Shown here one piece after another: positions 1 to 8,577 of a stretch of DNA of 50,016 nt. A program made the translations under genes and the position numbers. Origin of the DNA: a virus (lineage: Duplodnaviria > Caudoviricetes). The notes below the pieces were generated by a model. That model searched no databases, had not been told where the DNA came from, and was given only the letters and a program-made list of their open reading frames with translations. Position 1 is the first letter of the stretch. Each line of letters begins with the position of its first letter. Location of the stretch: IMG/VR virus record IMGVR_UViG_3300036979_000962, positions 1-50,016 of that record, one strand, 5' to 3'.

Positions 1-226
1 GCTCGCGGCGGTTGAGGAGCGGAGCGAACGACTCGGAGAGCAGTATCCTCACGGCCGACCCTCCTCCGCGAAGAACGAGAGCCCGCATTGCTCCGGGCGC
101 TCGGCGCAAGTCCCGAGCCAAACGCCGGCGTCGTGGAGCGAGACGAGTTGGCGGCCGCCGCGATAGCCGGGAGCGAGCGTGAGGCGGATGATGCCTTGGC
201 GAACGAGCGGCGAGGTCCGGAAGGCG
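1..226. repeat. Terminal direct repeat (circular-assembly overlap), copy 1
   Basis: 1-226 is identical to 49791-50016 except G99 vs A49889. Joining the ends gives a GTGA stop/start overlap into TerL. Confidence 0.95.
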
Positions 227-837
227 CGGAGCGGGTTGTCGATGACTCGGGGGAACTCGAGGAGCCTCGATTGGATGTCAGCGAGCCGGCGCCCGACCTC
301 GTTCTCGAGGTTCGCGTCGATAGTCACGACGCGCAGGACCGAGCGGCCGCCGAGGCGAGCGAAGCGCGTGTATTGTTCGAGTCGGTGGTCGCGTTGGGCG
401 TCGGTATCGAGCGCAGAGACGGAGGTGTTGAGGACGACGCGGGAGTCGACGAGCCGGCGGAGTTCATAGTCACTCGCCGTCCGCCAATGTTTCGTGATGA
501 CGACGACGGGCTTCTCGGCCGGCTCGAGCATCGAGCACACCGTCACCGTCCACAGCCACGCCTCGCTCGGGTCGCCCGAGGTTCCGATTCGGACGAACCG
601 AGAGCGGCTCCGACGGATGTCCGAGAGGATGCGACGATAGGCGCGGACGGAGCGGAAGTGGCGAACGGCGGTGATGTCGAAGGTGAGGCCGCGGGTCTTT
701 GCCGCTCGAGCCGCGTAGCAGAGCCCGTAGCACCCGCCGGCCGTCGCGGCCATCCCGCTCTCACAGCCTTTGGTCGTGTCGAGGTCGAGGACTCCCTTCC
801 GGTTCTCCTCGAGCGTAATCCACGCGCCGTAGTTCAC
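49..837 (-). CDS. Radical-SAM-like / Gp88-like Fe-S protein between TerS and TerL
   Basis: GTG start overlaps the TerS stop. Motifs KGC-x9-C-x3-CYA, RIGTSGDP, VITKHW, NTSVSALD and a C-terminal Cys cluster. Confidence 0.6.
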   Translation of the reverse strand: MNYGAWITLEENRKGVLDLDTTKGCESGMAATAGGCYGLCYAARAAKTRGLTFDITAVRHFRSVRAYRRILSDIRRSRSRFVRIGTSGDPSEAWLWTVTVCSMLEPAEKPVVVITKHWRTASDYELRRLVDSRVVLNTSVSALDTDAQRDHRLEQYTRFARLGGRSVLRVVTIDANLENEVGRRLADIQSRLLEFPRVIDNPLRAFRTSPLVRQGIIRLTLAPGYRGGRQLVSLHDAGVWLGTCAERPEQCGLSFFAEEGRP

Positions 838-1214
838 TTCGTTTTCACAATCTCGATGATGAGTTTGTTGTCGGTCCGGAGTTCGCCCTCGACGGCGTGG
901 TCGTGCTTGTCGCGCCAGCGGTCGGGTTGGCGATTCTTGAGCCAGAAGATACAGGCCGTCGTATCGCCGCCGAGCGCCCGTTCGTAGAGCGACTTGATGA
1001 CTTTGGAGTCCGACTTGACGCGCCCGGATTTTAAGGCGTCCGATATGTCCGCCTTCTTCGCCCACAGGCAGAATGTCGAGCGGGCGATGTTGAGGACGAG
1101 GGCGATGTCGTCGAGGCGGAGCCCGAGCGCGGCATACGACTCGACATCCTGCGTGAGTTTGAGGCGCTCGGCCGAGCCGAACGGGGGGAGTTTCGAGGGT
1201 CGTCCGGTCTTCAT
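834..1214 (-). CDS. terS: Terminase small subunit
   Basis: GRPSK N-terminus, HTH-like IALVLNIARSTFCLW, and TACIFWLKNRQPDRWRD motif typical of phage TerS; near TerL across the junction. Confidence 0.85.
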   Translation of the reverse strand: MKTGRPSKLPPFGSAERLKLTQDVESYAALGLRLDDIALVLNIARSTFCLWAKKADISDALKSGRVKSDSKVIKSLYERALGGDTTACIFWLKNRQPDRWRDKHDHAVEGELRTDNKLIIEIVKTK

Positions 1215-2488
1215 TGTCTGACCTCCCGGTATTCGTAGACGACATCGCCTCGCTCGTCGACCTCGACCGGGACGAGAGCGCCTCCGAAGTAGCGGTAGGG
1301 AGATTTTCCGGAGCCGGTCGCGTTCCAATGGTAGTGGATGTAGTCGGCGAGGGTGCGGCGATGGAACTTGGCGGCGAGTTTGACGGAGCCGGTGTTGAAG
1401 CCGGCCGCGTCGAGCCAATCGAACGAGAAATAGCGGCGGACCTCCGGCTCGATGTCGGACCAGCGGACGCGATGGTCGGGGCGGTTCTTGGCGAGGAGGA
1501 GCGCCTCGGCGAAGTGTCCGCGTTGGACATTGCGCGACGGGTCGAGCCCACAGCAACAGCAGTTGTGGCTCCGCTCTTTGAAGTGGGCGTCGGAGACATA
1601 GAACCGGAGGCCGGCGGCCTTCGCCGCGGCTTCCATCTCGTCGACCGGGACGGCCTTGAGCGAGCGGTTGAGCCGGCGGTAGCCGGAGCCGGGGGAGTTG
1701 CGTCGGTAGAACTCGTAGATATCGTAGCCGACGATGGCCGACATCTTCCGATAGACGGCCTTGAGTTCGTCGTTCGCCCGCGCTTCGAGACAGAAGAACT
1801 CCGTCGAGACGGCGGAAGCGCCGGCGGCGGCGGCCCTGCGGATTAGGTCCAGATGCTCCTGATTTCGGTCTGAGAGGCCGAGGATGAAGGGACGAAGGCG
1901 GAGGGTCGTCCCGCCGGCGTTCGCCCGGCTGACGCGTTCCAGCGCGAGGAGGCGCTCCGCGGGGGAATCGACGCCCCGCTCCATCGCCCGGGCCCGGAGC
2001 GGGTCGAGGTTGATGATGGAGAACTTCACATTCCAATTCGGGTTTCCGCGGAAGAGTTCGAGGTAGCGCTCGTCCGTCGTCCACCAAGTCCCTTTCGTCG
2101 AGAAGCAGACCGGGTAGTCGATGTCGCGGAGGTAGCGCATCACCTCGAGCCCGACGCCGAGCCGGCGTTCGTTCTCGTCGAACGGGTCCGTGAGTCCGCC
2201 CCATTGGATGGTCTTGCGGTCCTCGATGTAGGGACGGAATTGGAGGTCGGAGGCGGAGCCGGAAGTGAACTCGAAGATGGAGCGGACGCGGCGCGGGTCG
2301 ACGGCGGTGAGGTCGACCTTCGCTTTGTAGTTGGTCTTGGGCCCGATGATTCCGAGGCAATGCATCTTCTGGAATGTCGAGAAGCAGTAGAGGCAATCGT
2401 AAGAGCATTTGTTGTAGGTATCGAAGGTCATCGGCAACGAGCAGTCGAGGACCTCGCCCGACCACCGCGGCGACGAGTAGAACTTCAA
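1211..2488 (-). CDS. Radical SAM protein (SPL/Rv2578c-like fold)
   Basis: CSYDCLYC (CxxxCxxC), GGLTDPF, STKG and a later CCCCG. TTG start overlaps the upstream stop. Confidence 0.85.
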   Translation of the reverse strand: MKFYSSPRWSGEVLDCSLPMTFDTYNKCSYDCLYCFSTFQKMHCLGIIGPKTNYKAKVDLTAVDPRRVRSIFEFTSGSASDLQFRPYIEDRKTIQWGGLTDPFDENERRLGVGLEVMRYLRDIDYPVCFSTKGTWWTTDERYLELFRGNPNWNVKFSIINLDPLRARAMERGVDSPAERLLALERVSRANAGGTTLRLRPFILGLSDRNQEHLDLIRRAAAAGASAVSTEFFCLEARANDELKAVYRKMSAIVGYDIYEFYRRNSPGSGYRRLNRSLKAVPVDEMEAAAKAAGLRFYVSDAHFKERSHNCCCCGLDPSRNVQRGHFAEALLLAKNRPDHRVRWSDIEPEVRRYFSFDWLDAAGFNTGSVKLAAKFHRRTLADYIHYHWNATGSGKSPYRYFGGALVPVEVDERGDVVYEYREVRQ

Positions 2489-3270
2489 GCGCGCACCGTC
2501 CTTCTCCGCAATCCCGAGCGCGTCACATCGCGAAAGCGGAGTTCGGCGTGTCCCGTCGAACGACGAACATACAGAGTGACCAGCCAAGGATACTTTTTGG
2601 CGAGGTAGACAGCGCTTTCCGTAATGCGCTGTTCGGTGCGCGTGTCTTGGAGTCCGCCCGGCTCCTTGTAGAATCGCGTCTTGAGAGCGAGGTCGTCGAA
2701 GCGGACGATGCGCCCGTCTTTGAGATAGTAGAGGATGTTGCGCTCCATATCCTCTTTGTCGTCGAGGTGGACGAATAATTCCCGGTCGTGGCGGGCGATG
2801 AATCCGAAGGCCGAGCCGTTGATGTAATGGAGTTCTAGCGATATTCTGTTGCGCATATAGAACGGGTTGGGAACATTGTTTACGCCGAACAGGAACGCCC
2901 CGTAGGTCTCACAGGCTCGGAAGCCGCGCTCGATGAGTTCGGTGACGAGGTTGGTCAGGGGTTTGAGCGTCTTGTCGTCGACGCGGCGGAGGATGTCGCT
3001 GAGGTCGTCGTCAAAACACATCACCTTCGTTCCGACGGGGTAATAGGTCTCGATAAAGTTGCGCGTGGCCCCGATTCCAGCCGGCGCTACGACGATTTCC
3101 CTCACCGCTCCGGGCGCGAGCGCCTTCCGATACGCCTCGCGTTCCTGCTCCGAGGCGACGAACACGCGGATTATGTTCGACGGGACTCCGCCGCGCTTGA
3201 GCAACGGGAGGGTCTTGACTCGTAGGCACTCGGTGCGGTGGAACGACGGGATGGCGACTTCGTAGTTCAT
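2485..3270 (-). CDS. GT-A glycosyltransferase, TET-associated (TAGT)/GREB1-like
   Basis: IPSFHR start, RNFI, FDDDL (DxD), EDMER and C-terminal PGG, the pattern of phage TAGT-like enzymes. Confidence 0.65.
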   Translation of the reverse strand: MNYEVAIPSFHRTECLRVKTLPLLKRGGVPSNIIRVFVASEQEREAYRKALAPGAVREIVVAPAGIGATRNFIETYYPVGTKVMCFDDDLSDILRRVDDKTLKPLTNLVTELIERGFRACETYGAFLFGVNNVPNPFYMRNRISLELHYINGSAFGFIARHDRELFVHLDDKEDMERNILYYLKDGRIVRFDDLALKTRFYKEPGGLQDTRTEQRITESAVYLAKKYPWLVTLYVRRSTGHAELRFRDVTRSGLRRRTVRA

Positions 3271-3866
3271 CGGACGAGGAGCACCTCGAGTTTCTCGAAC
3301 GCGACGGAGCGCGAGCCGTCTTTGAGCCCGAGGCGCGAGAGGAACTCGACATAGGCGGCGTGGTCTTCGAAGTTGACGACGATGTAGTTGCCGATGGCGT
3401 CGGAGAGTTTCCCCTCGATTTCGGCGTCGGCGAGTTTATCGCCGCCAGCGTCGGCCGGCCGGAGCCAATCCTCCGGAAGCGCAATGCCCCAATCGTCGAG
3501 CGGGAGCCCGTCGAAGTTGTTGGCGAGGAGGTCCCAATCCCACTCGCCGAACTCGCCGTTGTCCTTGATGATGATTTCCCGCTCCTGCTTCTCCGAGAGT
3601 CCGGAGAAGAGGATGGTCGGGATTTCCTTGTAGTCGAGTTGCTTGGCGGCCCGCCAGCGCTTGTCCCCGCCGATGATGATGCGGGAGCCGTCGGCGCGGA
3701 CCGAGACGAGAACCGGCCGAGCGAGGAAGAGGTCCGGACACTCGGCGAGCGACTTGACGAGGCGGTCGAATTGGAGCGAGGAGATTTGCCGCGGGTTATA
3801 GGGATGGGGAGCGACGGAATCGACGGGCGAGAAGACGATGGAGAACGGAGCGGGCTTTAACTTCAC
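3267..3866 (-). CDS. ParB/Srx N-terminal domain protein
   Basis: PYNPRQI, IIGGDKRWRAA and IIKDN.FGEWDWDLL, typical of terminase-adjacent ParB-like proteins. Confidence 0.85.
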   Translation of the reverse strand: MKLKPAPFSIVFSPVDSVAPHPYNPRQISSLQFDRLVKSLAECPDLFLARPVLVSVRADGSRIIIGGDKRWRAAKQLDYKEIPTILFSGLSEKQEREIIIKDNGEFGEWDWDLLANNFDGLPLDDWGIALPEDWLRPADAGGDKLADAEIEGKLSDAIGNYIVVNFEDHAAYVEFLSRLGLKDGSRSVAFEKLEVLLVR

Positions 3867-4138
3867 TTTTCATTTTCCTTTCGTAGCATAATCATCGAGA
3901 GCGAGTCGATTTTGCCAATGATGACCTTGTGTTCGTCCCGGTTCTCGGTGCGGTTCGTGTCGAGGCCGGCTTTGATGGCCCGTATCTCGACTTCGACGGC
4001 CGTGATGCGGTTCGTGTTGAGGAGGACTTGGGAGACGAGCGCGGTGATGAGGACCGTGGCGACACCGATGAGGATTTTTTTCACCGTCGACCAATTCCCC
4101 CCGCTCGAGGAGCCGTTGAGCGAGAGTTCCTTGCTCAA
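3863..4138 (-). CDS. Single-TM coiled-coil protein (lysis-associated, holin-like)
   Basis: TTG start overlapping the upstream stop; TM segment ILIGVATVLITALVSQVLL followed by a coiled coil; two genes after the endolysin. Confidence 0.5.
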   Translation of the reverse strand: MSKELSLNGSSSGGNWSTVKKILIGVATVLITALVSQVLLNTNRITAVEVEIRAIKAGLDTNRTENRDEHKVIIGKIDSLSMIMLRKENEK

Positions 4139-4389
4139 GGCGTGACTCCCTTCCGGAGAATCGTGAATCGGTCGGGGAGGTAGGTCCCGAGCGCGATGAG
4201 TTCGGCCCGCGTCTTCTCGCATTGGCGATGGGAGAACGGGCCGGCCTTGAGAAGCCACTTGTCGTCGCGGCCGAGATACCACAGACAGAACGGCTTTTTC
4301 TTGAAGAGTCCCGGGAGGACGCCGATGACGGCGCCGATGGCGGCGATGACCTCGCCGACACCGATTTTCAACGCTCTCGCTAGGCTCAT
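4135..4389 (-). CDS. Small protein with hydrophobic N-terminus (lysis region)
   Basis: ATGA overlap with the endolysin stop; begins MSLARALKIGVGEVIAAIGAVIG. Confidence 0.55.
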   Translation of the reverse strand: MSLARALKIGVGEVIAAIGAVIGVLPGLFKKKPFCLWYLGRDDKWLLKAGPFSHRQCEKTRAELIALGTYLPDRFTILRKGVTP

Positions 4390-4835
4390 ACCATACCTCC
4401 TGCGAACGGGTCGAGAATAACAAAATCGCGGCCTCGGTAGCCGAGCGGCCGGAGTTTGATGAACGCATTGGCCGAAGCCGCGGCGTCGTCGGAAGTCGTC
4501 GAGGAGCCTCCGCCGGAGGCGCCGAGCGTGTGGAACGGGTCGACCATCAGTTCCGTGTGGATGGCCTTCCGGCCCTTGAGCCACAGCACGACACAGCCGG
4601 CCCCTCCTCCGTCGACGACCTCATACTCCCGCCATCGGCGCAAGAGCCCGTCGGCGGTCGAGTCGAATCCGTGCGGGAGGAGACCGACCGCTGTCAGGAC
4701 TTCGATGACGAAGCCCGAGCAGTCGAATCCGAGAATCGGGTCGTCGCCGCCCCACCGATACGGGAGCCCGACGAACGAGAAGGCATAGCGGACGGCAATC
4801 TCCCGCGCATATTTCACTCGGAGGTCGTCGGGCAT
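4386..4835 (-). CDS. NlpC/P60 (C40) peptidase, probable endolysin
   Basis: GLPYRWGG..GFDCSGF catalytic Cys motif with a downstream His (AIHTE). Confidence 0.9.
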   Translation of the reverse strand: MPDDLRVKYAREIAVRYAFSFVGLPYRWGGDDPILGFDCSGFVIEVLTAVGLLPHGFDSTADGLLRRWREYEVVDGGGAGCVVLWLKGRKAIHTELMVDPFHTLGASGGGSSTTSDDAAASANAFIKLRPLGYRGRDFVILDPFAGGMV

Positions 4836-4848
4836 TTTTGTCCTCGAT

Positions 4849-4882
4849 AAAAAAGTGGACGGGCCGGAGGGACGACCCGTCC
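4849..4882 (-). terminator. Intrinsic terminator upstream of the endolysin
   Basis: Minus strand GGACGGGTCG-TCCCTC-CGGCCCGTCC followed by ACTTTTTT. Confidence 0.75.
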
Positions 4883-4922
4883 TAGACCGAAGAGAGAGAA
4901 ACGCCGTTGCTTACACAATCTC

Positions 4923-4928
4923 ATTATA
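4923..4928 (-). promoter_or_regulatory. Putative late promoter -10 box
   Basis: Perfect TATAAT on the minus strand in an AT-rich gap; no clear -35. Confidence 0.45.
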
Positions 4929-4939
4929 CAACATTCCGT

Positions 4940-5350
4940 CTACCACTCGTCGCCGACCGAGGCGCGATGGAAGGTGAGGCGCTGGATGATGGCGCGGATT
5001 TCGTCGGGAGTCTTCTCCCGTATTCCGCGCCGCGCATAGCCGGGGTCGACGCCGAGCGTTTTACAAACGACCGCGAACGAGAACGCCGGACAGGCCGGCC
5101 GATAGCGCGGGTCGAATAGGTATCGGTCGGCGTCGGCCTTACGGCGGGCGGCTCGCGAACGGGCCCGAGGATTCTTGATTTGTTCGGGACGAAGGAAGTA
5201 ATCCTTGACCTCGACGAGAGCGACCGCGGCGAGCAGTTTGCGGACGGATTGGTCGGGGAACTCGGCCCCACCGAATATCTCGCGGAAGAGCGCCGGCTGG
5301 TCGGCAAGAGTCCGCTCCTTGGTCGCGTTGTGGTAGAGGCGGCCGGTCAT
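4940..5350 (-). CDS. Hypothetical protein (possible late regulator)
   Basis: 136 aa ORF; last gene before the putative late promoter; C-terminal FSFAVVCKTLGVDP is HTH-like. Confidence 0.55.
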   Translation of the reverse strand: MTGRLYHNATKERTLADQPALFREIFGGAEFPDQSVRKLLAAVALVEVKDYFLRPEQIKNPRARSRAARRKADADRYLFDPRYRPACPAFSFAVVCKTLGVDPGYARRGIREKTPDEIRAIIQRLTFHRASVGDEW

Positions 5351-5359
5351 TCGCGGCGC

Positions 5360-5566
5360 TCACGGCGTCCGGCTCATCCACACAGATTCGCCGGCGACGA
5401 CCGCGAACGACGCTCCGCACGCCGGACACACGAGGTCCGCCGCGGCCTCCTCCCGAACGCGCTCCATTTGGAGATAGACTCGGCCTCGGCACTTCCAGCA
5501 CAACGCAAAGAACACCCGCGGAAAACGCGGCCGTCGAGGCCGCGGCTCTTTCGCCATCGTTCTCAC
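5360..5566 (-). CDS. Zn-ribbon protein
   Basis: CWKC...CPAC. Confidence 0.6.
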   Translation of the reverse strand: MRTMAKEPRPRRPRFPRVFFALCWKCRGRVYLQMERVREEAAADLVCPACGASFAVVAGESVWMSRTP

Positions 5567-5841
5567 CTCCGCGTGGATGGGATTATTTTCGCCGGCGCCC
5601 CGGGATTAGGGTTCTTCTTCGCGGCTTCGGTCGCCTCGGCCCGGCGCCGAGTCGCGACCTCATCGGTCATCGTCTGGATGTAGGAGACGAGCCGCCGCGG
5701 AACCCAAAAGCGGTCCTCCGAAGTGAACGCTTGGGCCGAGACCGGGAAGCGGAAGAAGAGAGCGACCCGCGACAGGAACGAGAGCCGCTCTCCCCGACAG
5801 ACGAGTTGCTTCCCGTCGGTCGTGTAGATTATGACCGGCAT
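5563..5841 (-). CDS. Hypothetical protein
   Basis: 92 aa ORF translationally coupled at both ends. Confidence 0.6.
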   Translation of the reverse strand: MPVIIYTTDGKQLVCRGERLSFLSRVALFFRFPVSAQAFTSEDRFWVPRRLVSYIQTMTDEVATRRRAEATEAAKKNPNPGAPAKIIPSTRR

Positions 5842-6107
5842 TACATCGCCTTGTAGATGCCGTTCGCCTCGATGAAGACGAGGACCGAGTAGCCGAGGAA
5901 CAGCGGGAGCGTGAAGATGCCGTTGGCGAGAAGGTAGTAGGCCGTCGCGCCGAACGCGACGATGGCCGCGGTGGCGTAGGCGATGACCTTCGGGTTGACC
6001 TTCGGGAGCCAGCCGACGAGGAGCCGCTTGACCATCTCGATGACGCCGACGATGGCGGGAGCCGAGACGATGGCGATGATGAGGGCGACGACTTCTTTGC
6101 TGAACAT
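5841..6107 (-). CDS. Three-TM membrane protein (holin-like)
   Basis: 88 aa with three hydrophobic segments; GGAGG RBS. Confidence 0.6.
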   Translation of the reverse strand: MFSKEVVALIIAIVSAPAIVGVIEMVKRLLVGWLPKVNPKVIAYATAAIVAFGATAYYLLANGIFTLPLFLGYSVLVFIEANGIYKAM

Positions 6108-6109
6108 TG

Positions 6110-6559
6110 TCAGCCTCCTTCGGAAGATTTCGTGAACGGCTCGATTTCGATTTCCGTTCTAGGATTTTCCTTGTCGATGAACTGCTCGACCTCGAGCGAG
6201 AGCCACTTCGGCGAGTCGTTCCATAGCAATCCTATGTCGCGCATCGCGTCGAGGTGGACTTTGAGGCCGGCGGCGGCGTTGTCGGGGTCGAGGAGCCGGT
6301 CCCGGAAGACGCGGACGACGACCCGCATCTTCTCCGGCCGGCGGTAAGCGACGGAGCCGTCGTCGAGGAGTTCCAAGACCTCGCGATTCGCCCGCACAGG
6401 GAATGGGATAGGGAGCCCGGCGTCGAGGAGCGCGAACCGAATCTCCCACGCGAGCCGGGCCCGCATTTTCTTCTTCAACGCCCACCGGGCCCGCGGCGAC
6501 CTCGCGAGGCGCTCGAGTTGATTGCCGGAGGGCGGGACCGAGGCGAGCGTGAACTTCAA
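6110..6559 (-). CDS. RusA-like Holliday junction resolvase
   Basis: PPSGN N-terminus, DPDNAAAGLKVHLDA, WNDS and PRTEIEIE. Confidence 0.75.
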   Translation of the reverse strand: MKFTLASVPPSGNQLERLARSPRARWALKKKMRARLAWEIRFALLDAGLPIPFPVRANREVLELLDDGSVAYRRPEKMRVVVRVFRDRLLDPDNAAAGLKVHLDAMRDIGLLWNDSPKWLSLEVEQFIDKENPRTEIEIEPFTKSSEGG

Positions 6560-6699
6560 TAGAGCGCCTCCTCGTCCCGGTCGATTCCGATTGCGGCGGA
6601 GACAGCCGCGAGCGCCAGCGACACGAAGAACAGGACCGCCGCGCCGATGAACGCGAAGCCGACGAGCGCGAGAACGAGGCGGATGACTATGGTGGTCAC
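6556..6699 (-). CDS. Small membrane protein (47 aa, absent from the ORF track)
   Basis: GTG...TGA overlapping both neighbours; VIRLVLALVGFAFIGAAVLFFVSLALAAV. Confidence 0.55.
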   Translation of the reverse strand: MTTIVIRLVLALVGFAFIGAAVLFFVSLALAAVSAAIGIDRDEEALY

Positions 6700-6905
6700 T
6701 TCTTCGCCTCCTCGGCCGCTCGAGCCTTCGCGGCCGCGACGAGCAGGATGTCGTCGATGTCGGCCTTCTGCCGGGCCGCCTCCTCCGCGTCCGAGCAGTT
6801 GCTCGAGGCTCTCGCGAGCACGAGCAAAAAAGCGAACGCGATGAAGAGCAAGCCCGCGATAAAAGCGATTACGAGAATGTTCGCATTAAGCAATTCGGCC
6901 ATCAT
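6696..6905 (-). CDS. Small single-TM protein
   Basis: Hydrophobic N-terminal half; coupled overlaps. Confidence 0.6.
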   Translation of the reverse strand: MMAELLNANILVIAFIAGLLFIAFAFLLVLARASSNCSDAEEAARQKADIDDILLVAAAKARAAEEAKK

Positions 6906-7102
6906 TTTTCCCCTCCGTTTTTTTGATTATGTTCGACCCCTCCCGCGAAACCGGGAGGAAAATCGTCTTGAAAGAATCGGAGGCCGGCCTCGGAGCGCTC
7001 ATAGGTTCTCCTGCTCCAATACTCATCGAATAGGACAATCATAACACACAGCAGGAGCACAATTACAAGCGCCGCGACGAACGCCGGCCTCGGAGCCCTC
7101 AT
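6902..7102 (-). CDS. Small single-TM protein
   Basis: FVAALVIVLLLCVMIVLF; ATGA overlaps. Confidence 0.55.
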   Translation of the reverse strand: MRAPRPAFVAALVIVLLLCVMIVLFDEYWSRRTYERSEAGLRFFQDDFPPGFAGGVEHNQKNGGEK

Positions 7103-7677
7103 CCCTTCTCCTTCCCTTCGCGGTAGGCGGCAAGGGCATCGTCAAGGGACGCCACCGCCTCGCCCAGAACCGGGTCATTACCGTATGCATCGATGGTATC
7201 CTCAACCTGCTGGATGAGCGGCCTCGCCGCGTCCGCTTCGCTCCGCAGGGCGGTCAGTTCGGCCTCGGCTTTCCGCGCCACGGCCATCCTTGACCGGACA
7301 TAGGCGAACGATTCATCAAGGATTTCGGGGTTGGCGGTGTTGTTCCGGGCGGCGGTTTCAATCCCAAATAGGGCTACCTCATCGTCCTCGTGTTCGTTCC
7401 CCGGCTCTGGGGTCAGCCGCTCCACCTCGGCCTTGAGCGCGTCCCGCTCGTCAATAACCCTAGTCGTCTGCTGTTCTGCGATTCCAGTTAGGTTCCTAGA
7501 GGCCAGGAGTTCAAGTTTGAGGCGGTGAATCTGCTGAAAATCATCGGCCATTATTTCTTTTCTAGCGGCGATGTCGGCCTTGAGCGCGGCGTTCTCCTTG
7601 CGGAGCCGCTCAACCTCGCGCATCTCGTCCAGTTCGGCGTCCGTGGGGACGCTGGCCTTGTCGTAGGTGTCCATCAC
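7099..7677 (-). CDS. Coiled-coil hypothetical protein (Ead/Ea22-like position)
   Basis: EVERLRKENAALKA heptads; atypical codon usage. Confidence 0.6.
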   Translation of the reverse strand: MMDTYDKASVPTDAELDEMREVERLRKENAALKADIAARKEIMADDFQQIHRLKLELLASRNLTGIAEQQTTRVIDERDALKAEVERLTPEPGNEHEDDEVALFGIETAARNNTANPEILDESFAYVRSRMAVARKAEAELTALRSEADAARPLIQQVEDTIDAYGNDPVLGEAVASLDDALAAYREGKEKG

Positions 7678-7892
7678 TTTCCTCCTTTAGTTTTTCGCCG
7701 TGGGGTAGCGCGGCGGTTCCAGGCCCAAGTTGATTGAGCGTTATCGATTACCCAATATCGCTCTATGTAGGAGAAGTAGCACTCGGGAGTGTGCTGGACA
7801 AAATAATCCTCTTGGTCTTTGTCGTATTCGGGCTTGGCCCCGCAGAACGGGCAGGGCTTCAGCCTCGGCGCGGACTTCGCGGGGGCCATCAC
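7674..7892 (-). CDS. Lar-family restriction alleviation-like protein
   Basis: LKPCPFCG...AWNRR signature. Confidence 0.75.
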   Translation of the reverse strand: MMAPAKSAPRLKPCPFCGAKPEYDKDQEDYFVQHTPECYFSYIERYWVIDNAQSTWAWNRRATPRRKTKGGK

Positions 7893-8125
7893 TTCTCCTC
7901 CTTCGGCGCGTCGGGTAGGGCGGCGAGGCCGAGTCCGCGGAGCATATCGACGATGCGCCTCGCTTGTTCATCTTCCCCATAACTTTCGTTTCCTTCGGCG
8001 AACACCCCGGCCCACTTTTTCACGAAAGTCACCGTGACGGGCCGCATCCGAGCGAGAAGGATGTCGATGTCCGTCGGGTCGTGTCCGACGACGCCGATGA
8101 AATAATGGTCCCGGTCGCCGCTCAT
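7889..8125 (-). CDS. Hypothetical protein
   Basis: 78 aa ORF with coupled overlaps. Confidence 0.55.
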   Translation of the reverse strand: MSGDRDHYFIGVVGHDPTDIDILLARMRPVTVTFVKKWAGVFAEGNESYGEDEQARRIVDMLRGLGLAALPDAPKEEK

Positions 8126-8577
8126 TCCATCCTCTCCGAAGCCTCAAGGTCTTCAAGTTCAAGTTCGTCCGGCTCGTCCGCCTCCTCGAGCCCGGGGAGG
8201 AGGAGTTGATTCCGGTAGGGCCCGAACTGCGGATAGGCCCGGCGGATTCGAGCGATGCGGCGGCCTGTCCCGCGAATCTTCGCCATCAAGTAGTCCTCGG
8301 TCGCCCGGATGTCGTCCGGGCCGGCGGCGAGGAAAATCCCGGTGTCCGCACAGCAGATTCCGGCCTCCGAGTTCGCGTAGATATTGCGGAAGAGTTCGTC
8401 CGTGATTTTCGTCCACGGCTCCTCCGGGTCGAGCGGCCGGAAGTTGGCGTTCGCGGCGGCGAGGAGGTAGGCGCGGTCGATAGCGTGAGCGGCCCCGATG
8501 GCCGGCGCGTGGTCGCGGTCGCCGAGGACGAGGCGGTTGTAGATGAAGCGCTCGATTGCTTCGCGGTCGTGTTTCAT
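8122..8577 (-). CDS. Hypothetical protein
   Basis: MKHDREAIERF start at an ATGA overlap with RBS. Confidence 0.6.
   Translation of the reverse strand: MKHDREAIERFIYNRLVLGDRDHAPAIGAAHAIDRAYLLAAANANFRPLDPEEPWTKITDELFRNIYANSEAGICCADTGIFLAAGPDDIRATEDYLMAKIRGTGRRIARIRRAYPQFGPYRNQLLLPGLEEADEPDELELEDLEASERME

Noticed and set aside
1-226. Biological terminal repeat of the virion DNA
   Set aside because: It falls inside coding sequence at a gene junction and the terminase is PBSX-type; an assembly overlap of a circularly permuted genome is more likely.
838-2465. Long N-terminal extensions of ORFs 49-1599 and 834-2465 (likewise 43562-45079, 18431-19492 and others)
   Set aside because: Arg/Ser/Pro-rich off-frame reads of upstream genes; the real starts lie at stop/start overlaps or RBSs.
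1211-2488. Spore photoproduct lyase call
   Set aside because: Only the general fold is similar; the context suggests modification rather than repair.
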